Assembly (NCBI GenBank): GCA_964444045.1
Contig: CAYUFQ010000001.1
Location: 1 to 48,697, forward strand
Length of the DNA stretch: 48,697 nucleotides
Source: an uncultured Bacteroides sp.
GTDB taxonomy: Bacteria; Bacteroidota; Bacteroidia; Bacteroidales; Muribaculaceae
Reading direction: 5' to 3'
Shown here piece by piece: positions 16,392 through 24,673 of this stretch. The translations under genes and the position numbers were made by a program. The number at the start of each line of letters is the position of its first letter. Position 1 is the stretch's first letter. Under the pieces are notes generated by a model. The model saw only the letters and a program-made list of their open reading frames with translations, was not told where the DNA came from and made no database searches.

Positions 16392-19211
16392 ATGAACAAA
16401 TTCTGTAAACTTTTCAGCGCGGCGGCATTGACCCTATGGGCAGTGCCCGCCATGCAGGCAGAGACCGTTCCCGCCACCACGGGTGCCGGCATCATCCAGC
16501 TCTCGGAGCTCGATGGGCTTGAAAAAATCACGTTCTTCGATGGCGAGCACGTAGTGGCCAACCTCTCGACCAACAGCAACCCCATCACCATCATGGGCAC
16601 CGTGTATGAGAGCGGCGTGGGCACCCATGCCCCCTCGGTGGCCATCATTGAGCTCAACGGCGCCACGTCGTTTCACTCGGTTCTGGGCGTCGACGACGAA
16701 GCCGACCTCAAGCCCGACCATGGCATCGTTGACTATATCGTAACGCTCTATGGCGACTCGAAATCGGCCACTACCACCGTATGCTCCGGCACGTTCAACC
16801 GCCAGACCAGCTCCTATTCCTACACTCTCGACATCCCCGACCTGAGCGGCTATAAATATCTCAAGCTCGAATATGCCAAGGGTGCACAGCCCTGGGCCGA
16901 CCATGCCGACTGGGCCGACGCCCGTTTCACCTATTCCGGCACGGCGCCCCGCTTCGTGACCGAGAGCGAGATGTTTACCGCAGGTGGCGGCGAAACCGAC
17001 CCCGGAGTGGTGAACCTGCCCACCGAACCGACGACCGAAGGCGCCCAGATAGTTCCCCTGAGCACTCTCGACATCAACCTCTGCACCAACGGCTGGGGCA
17101 CTATCAAAGCCAACAAGAGCATCGACGGCCGCCCCATCACCATCAAGGGCGTGAAGTATACCAGCGGCGTAGGCCTGCATGCCACTGCCAAGGTGGTGGT
17201 GAAGCTCAACGGCGCCACCACCAAGTTCCATGCCGTGCTCGGCAATGACGACGAAGTGGCTTCGTACTGCACGTCGGCCAACGGCTATTCGCGGGTGGCC
17301 TACGACGTTATTCTGCGCGATGCCGCCGGCAAGGAACACTCGATGATGTCGGGCACCACCAGCGTTCTCGACTCCGAACCCGTCACCATCGACCTCGACG
17401 GCCTCACCGACTATAAATATCTCATCATCGCAATCGATAACTACAACGGCGACGCCTACGACCACGTTGACCTCGGCAACGCCTACTTCGAATATCTCTA
17501 TCAGAACTCCAACGCGCCCGAAATAGTCAGCGAGTCGGAGCTCGACACCAAGCTCTTTGCCGCCACAACCGTGTTCTCGCAGCCCGGAGTCAAATTCATG
17601 CAGAAGCTGCGCTGCCAGGCCGACGACGCCGTAATCACCGTGAAAGACCTTCCCGCCGGCCTCACCTTCAACGAAGAGCGCTGCCTGGTTGAAGGCATCA
17701 TTGAGGAAGAGGGCGTTTACACCTACACCGTTGGAATCGACCTGGGCGAAGCAAGCAGCGAAACGGTAGTGACCCTCACCGTAAGCTCCCACCTGCAGCA
17801 GCCCACTCCCTTCATGGGTTGGATCAGCTGGAACGTGGTTCAGGGCGAGATATCCAACTCCGTAATCGAAACCGTTTCCGACGCTATGGCCAGCAGCGGC
17901 CTGCGCGATGCCGGCTATAACTACCTGGTTATCGACGACCTCTGGCACGCATCGTCGCGCAAAGCCGACGGCACTCCCGTTGAAAGCCCCACCAAGTTCC
18001 CCAAGGGTATGAAGGCCGCTGCCGACTATGTTCACTCCAAGGGCATGAAGTTCGGCATCTATTCCGACGCCGCCAATAAGACCTGCGCCAACGCCTACGG
18101 CTCGCTCGGCTACGAAACCAAGGATGCCAACCAGTATGCCGCATGGGGTGTTGACCTGCTGAAATATGACTACTGCGGCGCTCCCGCCGACGTTGAGACC
18201 GCCAAGACCCGCTACAAGACCATGGGCGATGCCCTCAAGGCCAGCGGACGCGACATTATCCTCTACGTATGCGAATGGGGCGTGCGCGAACCCTGGAAGT
18301 GGGGCGCGGAAGTGGGCGGCACCTGCTGGCGCGCCACCTACGATACCCGCGACTGCTGGAACGGCGCCACCGGCGGCATCGGCATCCTGCAGTCTATCGC
18401 CGGGATGAAAAACATCTGGCCCTACAACGGCGTGAACCGCTGGAACGATGCCGACATGATGTGCGTAGGCATCCACGGAACCGGCAAGAGCTCGTCTGAC
18501 CTCTGCGCCTCGGGCGCCGGCATGACCATGGACGAATATGCCACGCAGTTCTCGCTCTGGTGCATGTGGAGCTCGCCGCTGACCCTCAGCTTCGACCTGC
18601 GCAAGGCCATCAGCGATGCCGACCTCGCCCTGCTGACCAACTCTGAACTCATCGCCATCAATCAGGACCGCATGGGTCAGGCCGCCGAACTGATTGAAGA
18701 AAACACCAATTTCGTCGTCTTTGCAAAAGACCTCGAGAATGGCGACGTGGCCGTTTCGGTGACCAACCTCTCTACCGCCAAGCGCGACTACACCATCGAT
18801 TTCTCCGTAATTCCCGCCCTGAATACCGCCGACACATATCTGGTGCGCGACGTGGTTAACCACGCCGACCTCGACCCTGTGACCGGCAGCCTTGAGTGCG
18901 CCAAGATTGCCAAACACGCCACCGTGGTTTACCGCCTGAGCAAGAAGGAAGAGAGCGGCATCAACGAAGTGGTCGCATCGAAGGCCCTCGACGGCATGAC
19001 CGCCGTTGCCGACAGCACCGGAGTGCGCGTTTGCCTGCCCGGCACTGACGGCGTGGCCAAGCGCCTGCTCATCAGCGACCTCGACGGCCGCGTTGTTGCC
19101 AACGCCAACGGCAACGACGAGTGCTTCACCTTCAGCGTTCCCGCCAAAGGCATCTACGTGGTCAACGCCACCTGCGCCGGCCGCAGCCACTCGCTCAAAC
19201 TCACCATCTGA
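16392..19211 (+). CDS. GH27 alpha-galactosidase / alpha-N-acetylgalactosaminidase with two NPCBM-like modules and a T9SS C-terminal sorting domain
   Basis: Signal peptide MNKFCKLFSAAALTLWAVPAMQA. NPCBM-like blocks (GTVYESGVGTHAPS; GVKYTSGVGLHATA). GH27 signatures (FMGWISWN, VIDDLWH, KFGIYSDA, LKYDYCG, CEWG). CTD-like end GIYVVNATCAGRSHSLKLTI. Confidence 0.85.
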   Translation: MNKFCKLFSAAALTLWAVPAMQAETVPATTGAGIIQLSELDGLEKITFFDGEHVVANLSTNSNPITIMGTVYESGVGTHAPSVAIIELNGATSFHSVLGVDDEADLKPDHGIVDYIVTLYGDSKSATTTVCSGTFNRQTSSYSYTLDIPDLSGYKYLKLEYAKGAQPWADHADWADARFTYSGTAPRFVTESEMFTAGGGETDPGVVNLPTEPTTEGAQIVPLSTLDINLCTNGWGTIKANKSIDGRPITIKGVKYTSGVGLHATAKVVVKLNGATTKFHAVLGNDDEVASYCTSANGYSRVAYDVILRDAAGKEHSMMSGTTSVLDSEPVTIDLDGLTDYKYLIIAIDNYNGDAYDHVDLGNAYFEYLYQNSNAPEIVSESELDTKLFAATTVFSQPGVKFMQKLRCQADDAVITVKDLPAGLTFNEERCLVEGIIEEEGVYTYTVGIDLGEASSETVVTLTVSSHLQQPTPFMGWISWNVVQGEISNSVIETVSDAMASSGLRDAGYNYLVIDDLWHASSRKADGTPVESPTKFPKGMKAAADYVHSKGMKFGIYSDAANKTCANAYGSLGYETKDANQYAAWGVDLLKYDYCGAPADVETAKTRYKTMGDALKASGRDIILYVCEWGVREPWKWGAEVGGTCWRATYDTRDCWNGATGGIGILQSIAGMKNIWPYNGVNRWNDADMMCVGIHGTGKSSSDLCASGAGMTMDEYATQFSLWCMWSSPLTLSFDLRKAISDADLALLTNSELIAINQDRMGQAAELIEENTNFVVFAKDLENGDVAVSVTNLSTAKRDYTIDFSVIPALNTADTYLVRDVVNHADLDPVTGSLECAKIAKHATVVYRLSKKEESGINEVVASKALDGMTAVADSTGVRVCLPGTDGVAKRLLISDLDGRVVANANGNDECFTFSVPAKGIYVVNATCAGRSHSLKLTI

Positions 19212-19226
19212 TATATCCGCACACAC

Positions 19227-19266
19227 AAAGTCCCCGGCAAGAGCCTCGCGCCCTGCCGGGGACTTT
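19227..19266. terminator. bidirectional terminator hairpin between convergent genes
   Basis: A 13-bp perfect stem (aaagtccccggca 19227-19239 / tgccggggacttt 19254-19266). Confidence 0.75.
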
Positions 19267-19293
19267 CTGTTTCCACATCCTCACTCTCCACTC

Positions 19294-20502
19294 TTACAGG
19301 TCGGAGAGGATGCGGAGGTGTTTGGGCAGGAGATTGTTGGCTCGCGAGCCGAGGTTGTTGACCCAGCCGAGTGGGCGGGCGCCGAAGGTGAGCAGCACCT
19401 GGCCGCGGGGGGTGCCTGCGGGGAGCGTGAGGGCATCGCGATGGAGGAAGCGCAAGGCGTCGTCGCGGCCCACTTCGACCTGCGGCCACCGGTCGTCGGG
19501 GCGGAAGTCGCTTCGCAGGGCCAGGGCATGGGAGGGGATGCGCGTGCGCCCTTTCAGCTCATATTCCTCGCCGGTAGATTTCTGAATCAGATTCGCTTTC
19601 GATAGGTCGGGGCGTCGGGCCGGTTCGTTGCCGGGCTTGCGGAGCAGGGCCATGTAGAGCCCTTCGCCGCGCACAAGGTGGGGGTAGAAGTGACCGCCAA
19701 CCACTCCGGGCATCGGCGGCAGCGGCATCTGCTCGGCTCCGAGTTCGGCGGCCATGCGTTCAACTATGGCCTCATCTTCGGCGCGCGAAAAGGTGCAGGT
19801 GGAGTAGATGAAGTAACCGCCGGGGCGCAGCAGCGGCCACAGCGACTCGACGATTTCCCACTGCAGCCGCGCGCAACTATCAACGAGGCCCGGAGTCCAC
19901 TGCCCTACGGCCTTGGGGTCTTTGCGCATCATTCCCTCGCCCGAGCAGGGCACGTCGGCGGCCACTATGTCGAAGCAGCCGCGGGGCATCCGGGCGAGGC
20001 GCTGGGCGGGGCCGAGGGCTACGGCCACGTTGGCATAGCCCCATTTCATCAGATTCTGGCAGAGTGCGGAGGCGCGGCCGGGGTCGGCTTCGTTGGCCAG
20101 CACGAAGCTGCCGGGGGGCAGGGCGTCGATTGCCGCGGTGGTTTTGCCGCCTGGGGCGGCGCATGAGTCGAGATAGCTTACAGGCTCCGTGAGCCCGAGG
20201 CTTTCAATCACGGCCGCGATGGCCATCGACGACGGGTCTTGCACATAATATAGCCCCTGGTGAAAGCGGGGGTCCATGGTGAAGTTGGGGCGCTCGGCAA
20301 GATATTCGCCCGAGCTGCACCAGCTCACGGCATCTGCGCCGTCGGGGCGCGCGCACCCCTTGGTCAGATTATGGCGAATAGCAACGCAAGGGCTGCCCGA
20401 CGCCAGCGCGTCGAGCAGCCCCTGGGGGTCGGGAATGGAAGAGTCGGCGAGTATGCGCCCGACGAACTCCGGGGGCAGGGCGATGGGGCGTTTAGTTTCC
20501 AC
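19294..20502 (-). CDS. NOL1/NOP2/Sun-family rRNA cytosine-C5 methyltransferase (RsmF/RsmB-like)
   Basis: Motifs LDSCAAPGGKT, DVPCSGEGMMRKDP and YSTCTFSRAEDE. I place the start at the GTG at 20502, which overlaps the slyD stop. The track's 40-aa Ala-rich extension to 20622 lies inside slyD. Confidence 0.75.
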   Translation of the reverse strand: METKRPIALPPEFVGRILADSSIPDPQGLLDALASGSPCVAIRHNLTKGCARPDGADAVSWCSSGEYLAERPNFTMDPRFHQGLYYVQDPSSMAIAAVIESLGLTEPVSYLDSCAAPGGKTTAAIDALPPGSFVLANEADPGRASALCQNLMKWGYANVAVALGPAQRLARMPRGCFDIVAADVPCSGEGMMRKDPKAVGQWTPGLVDSCARLQWEIVESLWPLLRPGGYFIYSTCTFSRAEDEAIVERMAAELGAEQMPLPPMPGVVGGHFYPHLVRGEGLYMALLRKPGNEPARRPDLSKANLIQKSTGEEYELKGRTRIPSHALALRSDFRPDDRWPQVEVGRDDALRFLHRDALTLPAGTPRGQVLLTFGARPLGWVNNLGSRANNLLPKHLRILSDL

Positions 20503-21073
20503 AGCCGCCGTCGCATCCGCAGTCGCCGCAGCTGCCGCCGCAATTGCCTCCGCCGCAGCCACAGCTGCTTTGGGCGGCACAGGCCGCCAGCTCTTCGGCT
20601 GAGGCCTGGCGCACCTCTTCAACCTTGCCCTTGAGCTTCACGGTGCGGCCGGCCAGCGGATGGTTGAAGTCAACCTTCACGCTGACGGTGTCGGGGTTAA
20701 CCTCGAGCACCACTGCGGGCACGTCCTGGCCGAAGTTGGTCTGCAGGTAAATCTGCGCTCCGGGATAGATTTTCTCTTCATCGAGCTTGCCGTCGGCCTC
20801 GAAGATTTCGCGCGGCAGGGTTTCGGTGCGGAGCATCTCGTCGTTGTATTCGCCGAAGCCTTCGGCCGGGCTTACCGTGGCAACGAAGTCGTCGCCTTTT
20901 TTCAGCCCCTTGATGGCTTCCATAAGCGGTTCGATAACGGAGGGGGTGACGCCATAGACCATCTTCTCGGGGTCAGTAGGCGGCACCTGGTGGAGCAGCG
21001 TTTCCTTGCCGTCGGTTATGTCGTAGAGGTCGTAGCTGAGAGCCACGAACTTTCCGGGTTCAATTATTTCCAT
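20492..21073 (-). CDS. slyD: FKBP-type peptidyl-prolyl isomerase SlyD with a Cys/Gly-rich C-terminal tail
   Basis: ATG at 21073. SlyD-like FKBP and IF domain pattern (VALSYDLY...NHPLAGRTVKLKGKVEEV). The tail is SSCGCGGGNCGGSCGDCGCDGGCGN. Confidence 0.8.
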   Translation of the reverse strand: MEIIEPGKFVALSYDLYDITDGKETLLHQVPPTDPEKMVYGVTPSVIEPLMEAIKGLKKGDDFVATVSPAEGFGEYNDEMLRTETLPREIFEADGKLDEEKIYPGAQIYLQTNFGQDVPAVVLEVNPDTVSVKVDFNHPLAGRTVKLKGKVEEVRQASAEELAACAAQSSCGCGGGNCGGSCGDCGCDGGCGN

Positions 21074-21115
21074 AGATTCTGTTTTTTTGATGTGTGGGTT
21101 ATGTTAGTATTAGTG

Positions 21116-23152
21116 TTACCAAATGATTACGCGCTCGTTCTCGGGGCGATACATCGGGTCGCCTTCCTTCATGCCGAATGCCTTGAAGAAGGGTTCGAGG
21201 TTGCGCAGGCTAACGTTGACGCGCAGGTTGCCGAGCGAGTGAACGTCGCCCATGGTGAGCGAGCGGATTTCTTCGTCGCGGATGTTCTGTGCCCAAAGGT
21301 TAGCGTAGTTCATGTAGAAAATCTGCGCGGGCGAATAGCCTTGAATCTTCTGCGACTCGTCATCTATGTCAACGCCTTTCTTTGCCTGAGAGTTCAGGAA
21401 TGCGGTCATGGCCACCCGCAGGCCGCCCTGGTCGGCGATGTTCTCGCCGAGGGTGTAGGTGCCGTTGGCGTGCAGGCCCGGAAGCACCTCTACGGCATCA
21501 AACTGCCCCACGAGCCCCTTGGTCATGGCCTCGAACGCTTCGGCGTCCTCGGGAGTCCACCAGTTAATCATGTTGCCGTCTTTGTCGAAGTTGCGCCCCT
21601 GGTCGTCAAAGCCGTGGGTCATTTCGTGGCCTATCACCACTCCTATGCCGCCATAGTTCTCGGCGTCGGTTGCGTCGGGGTCGAAAAACGGTGCCTGCAG
21701 AATCGCCGCCGGAAACACTATTTCGTTGGCCGTGGGGTTATAGTAGGCATTGACGGTTTGCGGCGTCATGCCCCATTCGGTCTTGTCGACCGGTTTGCCC
21801 CATTTCGAGTAGATTTCGTTCTGGTGCCACATGGCGGCGTTGTGCATATTCTCGTAGTAGCTCAGCTCGGGGTCGATTTTCATTGTGGAGTAGTCTTTCC
21901 ACTTGTCGGGATAGCCTATCTTCACGGTGAATGCTGCGAGCTTCTCGCGGGCGTTGGCCTTGGTGGCGTCGCTCATCCAGGCCAGGTTGTCGATGTGCTG
22001 GCCAAGGGCCTCGCGCAGATTCTCGACGAGATTGACCATGTATTCCTTTGAGCTGGCGGGGAAGTATTTTGCAACGTAGAGCTCGCCGATGGCCTCGCCG
22101 AGGGTGCTCTCGGTGGCGTTGAGGGCGCGCTTCCAGCGCGGTTTCTGCTCGGTTACGCCGCTCATCACCTTGCTGAACTCAAAGTTGGCGTTGGTGAAGT
22201 CGTCGCTGAGCATCGACGATGCGCCGCTCACCAGTTTCCACAGGTAGTAGTCCTTGAGCTCGCGGTCGGTGGCGGCGGCCATCAGTTCCATGCCGCGCTT
22301 AACCGGCTCAATCTCCGTCACAATCACGTTTTCCGGGGCCTCGATGCCCATGGTTTCGGGGAAGAAGCGCTTCCAGTTGAGCTGAGGATACATTTCCTCA
22401 AGCTCGGCGAGGGTGCGGGGGTTATACATTGCCACTATGTTGCGGCTCTCCTCGCGGGTCCATGCCTTTTCGGCCAGCGCGGTTTCGATTTTCATCACGT
22501 TCTGCATTATGCGCTCGGCATCGGCCTGAGAATATCCGGCATTCTGCATCTGAGCCACGATCAGGGCCTTGTAGGCGTTGCGCACCTCGGTGTTGCGCTC
22601 GTCGTCGAGCAGATAGTAGTCGCGGTCGCCCAGCCCCATGCCTCCGCTGCTCACGTACATGGCATATTCATTGCTGTTCATCAGGTTCTCCATCGGGCCG
22701 GCGCCGAAGAAGGGGCTGGCATAGCTTGCGTGAATCCACATGAACAGCGAGTCCATCTCGTCGGCCGTTGCGTTCTCGACCTTGGCGAGCAGGGGCGCTA
22801 TCGGGGCTGCACCTTCGGCGTTGCGGCGCACTGAGTCCATGGCCTGATTGTAGATGGTGGCAACCTTGTGGGCCACGGTGCCTGACGCGGGATTTGATGC
22901 GGCCACGTCGAGCACCAGGCTGCGCACCTGCTCCTGGGCGGTGTCGCGCAGCAGGTCGAAGTTGCCGAAGCGGGCATACTCGCCGGTGAGCGGATGCTCC
23001 TGCATCCACGTTTGATTCACAAAGAGATAGAAGTCGTCGCCGGGCTTTACGTCCTTGCTCACTTTCGTGAGGTCAAGGCTCTTGGTGTGGGGTGCCTGGG
23101 CGAGTCCTGAAGCAGCAAACAGCATAGCGATAGCAAAGTTTACAATTTTCAT
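21116..23152 (-). CDS. pepO: M13-family zinc metallopeptidase (PepO / endothelin-converting-enzyme-like)
   Basis: HEMTHGFDDQG zinc motif and an ENIADQGG block. The ATG at 23152 gives the signal peptide MKIVNFAIAMLFAASGLAQA. The track start at 23161 is a TTG three codons upstream. Confidence 0.85.
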   Translation of the reverse strand: MKIVNFAIAMLFAASGLAQAPHTKSLDLTKVSKDVKPGDDFYLFVNQTWMQEHPLTGEYARFGNFDLLRDTAQEQVRSLVLDVAASNPASGTVAHKVATIYNQAMDSVRRNAEGAAPIAPLLAKVENATADEMDSLFMWIHASYASPFFGAGPMENLMNSNEYAMYVSSGGMGLGDRDYYLLDDERNTEVRNAYKALIVAQMQNAGYSQADAERIMQNVMKIETALAEKAWTREESRNIVAMYNPRTLAELEEMYPQLNWKRFFPETMGIEAPENVIVTEIEPVKRGMELMAAATDRELKDYYLWKLVSGASSMLSDDFTNANFEFSKVMSGVTEQKPRWKRALNATESTLGEAIGELYVAKYFPASSKEYMVNLVENLREALGQHIDNLAWMSDATKANAREKLAAFTVKIGYPDKWKDYSTMKIDPELSYYENMHNAAMWHQNEIYSKWGKPVDKTEWGMTPQTVNAYYNPTANEIVFPAAILQAPFFDPDATDAENYGGIGVVIGHEMTHGFDDQGRNFDKDGNMINWWTPEDAEAFEAMTKGLVGQFDAVEVLPGLHANGTYTLGENIADQGGLRVAMTAFLNSQAKKGVDIDDESQKIQGYSPAQIFYMNYANLWAQNIRDEEIRSLTMGDVHSLGNLRVNVSLRNLEPFFKAFGMKEGDPMYRPENERVIIW

Positions 23153-23192
23153 TTTTCGCAAAAAATTGATTTTTTTTATAGGTTTTAAAACG

Positions 23193-23200
23193 CAAATTTA
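23193..23200 (-). promoter_or_regulatory. -7 box TAAATTTG (minus strand) upstream of the M13 peptidase gene
   Basis: The plus strand reads caaattta, about 40 nt upstream of the ATG at 23152. Confidence 0.4.
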
Positions 23201-23244
23201 CGCAAAATTCTGAAAATCTCGGGAATTTGAGCTAACTTTGTGGT

Positions 23245-24561
23245 ATGATAAAGAAAGGAAAATTTTTATTGGCGGCTATTGCGGTCGCCTTTGCGCAGGG
23301 GCGGGCCGAGGTGCCCGCCGAAGTTATCGATGAATTTCGCGGCGCCGTGGCCCTCGGGGCCGACGCCCTGACGGCTGATAATCTCGATGCCGCCCGCGCG
23401 GAGGTGTGGCGTGCCTGGTGTGAGGCCAACCGGTCTGAATCCGAGGCCTGCCGTCTGCCCGGACTTCAACCGCTCACCGACTCGATAACCCCCGCCGCAT
23501 GGCATATTCCGCCCGAACTTGAGCCGGATGCCGTGATGCCGTTCTACTATGGGTTCAAGGGCGAATCTGACGCTCCGCTCCCTCTGTTCATCTACCTGCA
23601 TGGCTCGGGCCCCAAGGCCGGCGAATGGTCAACCGGACTTAAGCTGGCCGGGCGCTTTGACGACGCTCCGTCGGCCTACTTCATTCCGCAGATTCCCAAC
23701 GAGGGCGAATACTATCGCTGGTGGCAGCGCGGCAAGCAGTTTGCCTGGGAGCGGCTGCTGCGTCTGGCGCTCGCATCGGGCGCTATCGACCCCGACCGCA
23801 TCTACCTTTTCGGCATATCCGAAGGGGGATATGGCAGTCAGCGCCTCGCTTCGTTCTATGCCGACTATCTTGCCGGAGCCGGTCCGATGGCCGGCGGCGA
23901 GCCTTTGAAAAACGCCCCGGCCGAAAATTTGCGCAACACTGCCTTCTCGCTTCGCACCGGCAGCCTCGACCGCGGCTTTTACCGCAATATGCTCACCCGG
24001 CGCACCGCCGCCGAGCTCGATAGCCTGCAGGCGCTCTATGGCGACTTTACCCACAGCGTAGAGCTCGTGGCTGATGCCGGCCACGCCATAGACTATTCGC
24101 CCACAACCCCCTGGCTGAGCCGATTCAGGCGCAACTATGCCCCCACGCGTGTCAGCTGGGAGGACTTCGACATGGATGGCCGTCACCGCACCGGCTTCTA
24201 CAATCTGCTCGTCGAAGAGCGTCCGGCCGAGCGCACGCGCTATGACCTCGATGTGTGTGGCAACCGGGTGAACCTCAGGGTCGATACCGTCAGCTACCGC
24301 ACCACAGTCACCGATCCTCACTGGGGCATTGCCCTCGACTTTGAGCGCAGCTATGCGCGGGCCGACCGCGGCTGCGTCACCATTTTCCTTGGCCCGGAAC
24401 TCGTTGACCTGTCGCAACCGGTCGAGGTGACGGTCAATGACCGTACGGTCTTCACCGGGCTCCTGCCCCTGTCGGCCGATAACCTGATGCGCAGCTGCGA
24501 GGCCTACTTCGACCCCCGCCGCCTCTACCCGGCCGCCGTCACCGTCACTCTCCACCCCTGA
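23245..24561 (+). CDS. secreted alpha/beta-hydrolase-fold esterase-like protein
   Basis: Signal peptide MIKKGKFLLAAIAVAFAQG. LFIYLHGSGPK is oxyanion-region-like, and FGISEGGYG is a GxSxG nucleophile elbow. Confidence 0.6.
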   Translation: MIKKGKFLLAAIAVAFAQGRAEVPAEVIDEFRGAVALGADALTADNLDAARAEVWRAWCEANRSESEACRLPGLQPLTDSITPAAWHIPPELEPDAVMPFYYGFKGESDAPLPLFIYLHGSGPKAGEWSTGLKLAGRFDDAPSAYFIPQIPNEGEYYRWWQRGKQFAWERLLRLALASGAIDPDRIYLFGISEGGYGSQRLASFYADYLAGAGPMAGGEPLKNAPAENLRNTAFSLRTGSLDRGFYRNMLTRRTAAELDSLQALYGDFTHSVELVADAGHAIDYSPTTPWLSRFRRNYAPTRVSWEDFDMDGRHRTGFYNLLVEERPAERTRYDLDVCGNRVNLRVDTVSYRTTVTDPHWGIALDFERSYARADRGCVTIFLGPELVDLSQPVEVTVNDRTVFTGLLPLSADNLMRSCEAYFDPRRLYPAAVTVTLHP

Positions 24562-24565
24562 TTTT

Positions 24566-24664
24566 CAGAAAAAGTGTAAGTTTTTACCCTCTGAAAATCG
24601 GAAAAAGTGTATATTTTGCTTGCTGAATTTTTGGAAAAAGTGTAATTTTGCATCTGGATAATAA
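24566..24664 (+). repeat. three tandem degenerate 33-nt units, each starting (C/T)(A/G)GAAAAAGTGTA
   Basis: The units span 24566-24598, 24599-24631 and 24632-24664. The shared core GAAAAAGTGTA starts at 24568, 24601 and 24634. Confidence 0.75.
24643..24650 (+). promoter_or_regulatory. -7 box TAATTTTG inside repeat unit 3, upstream of the AAA+ gene
   Basis: It lies 23 nt upstream of the ATG at 24674. Confidence 0.45.
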
Positions 24665-24673
24665 GGTAAGCAT

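Noticed and set aside
16434-19226. A 930-aa minus-strand ORF spanning the whole GH27 gene.
   Set aside because: It is the antisense shadow of a strongly supported GH27 CDS. The product is Gly/Ala/Val/His-rich low-complexity sequence with no motifs. Long antisense ORFs are expected in GC-rich coding DNA.
20503-20622. An N-terminal 40-aa Ala-rich extension of the RsmF-like ORF (track start 20622).
   Set aside because: It lies entirely within the slyD coding region and arises from its GCN/GGN-rich tail codons. A GTG at 20502 that abuts the slyD stop is a more plausible start.
14857-22051. Other long alternative-strand ORFs: 14857..16098 (-), 20660..22051 (+), 19678..20166 (+), and similar ones elsewhere (572..1393, 27788..28717, 29417..30181, 35310..36038, 36227..37018, 40457..41518, 42287..43264).
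   Set aside because: Each lies antisense to or out of frame with a CDS that has clear family signatures. Their compositions are typical of GC-rich shadow frames.
24566-24664. CRISPR-like interpretation of the tandem repeats here and at 11598-11689.
   Set aside because: There are only three degenerate units with no unique spacers, or pure AT heptamers in the second case. No cas genes are present in the window.
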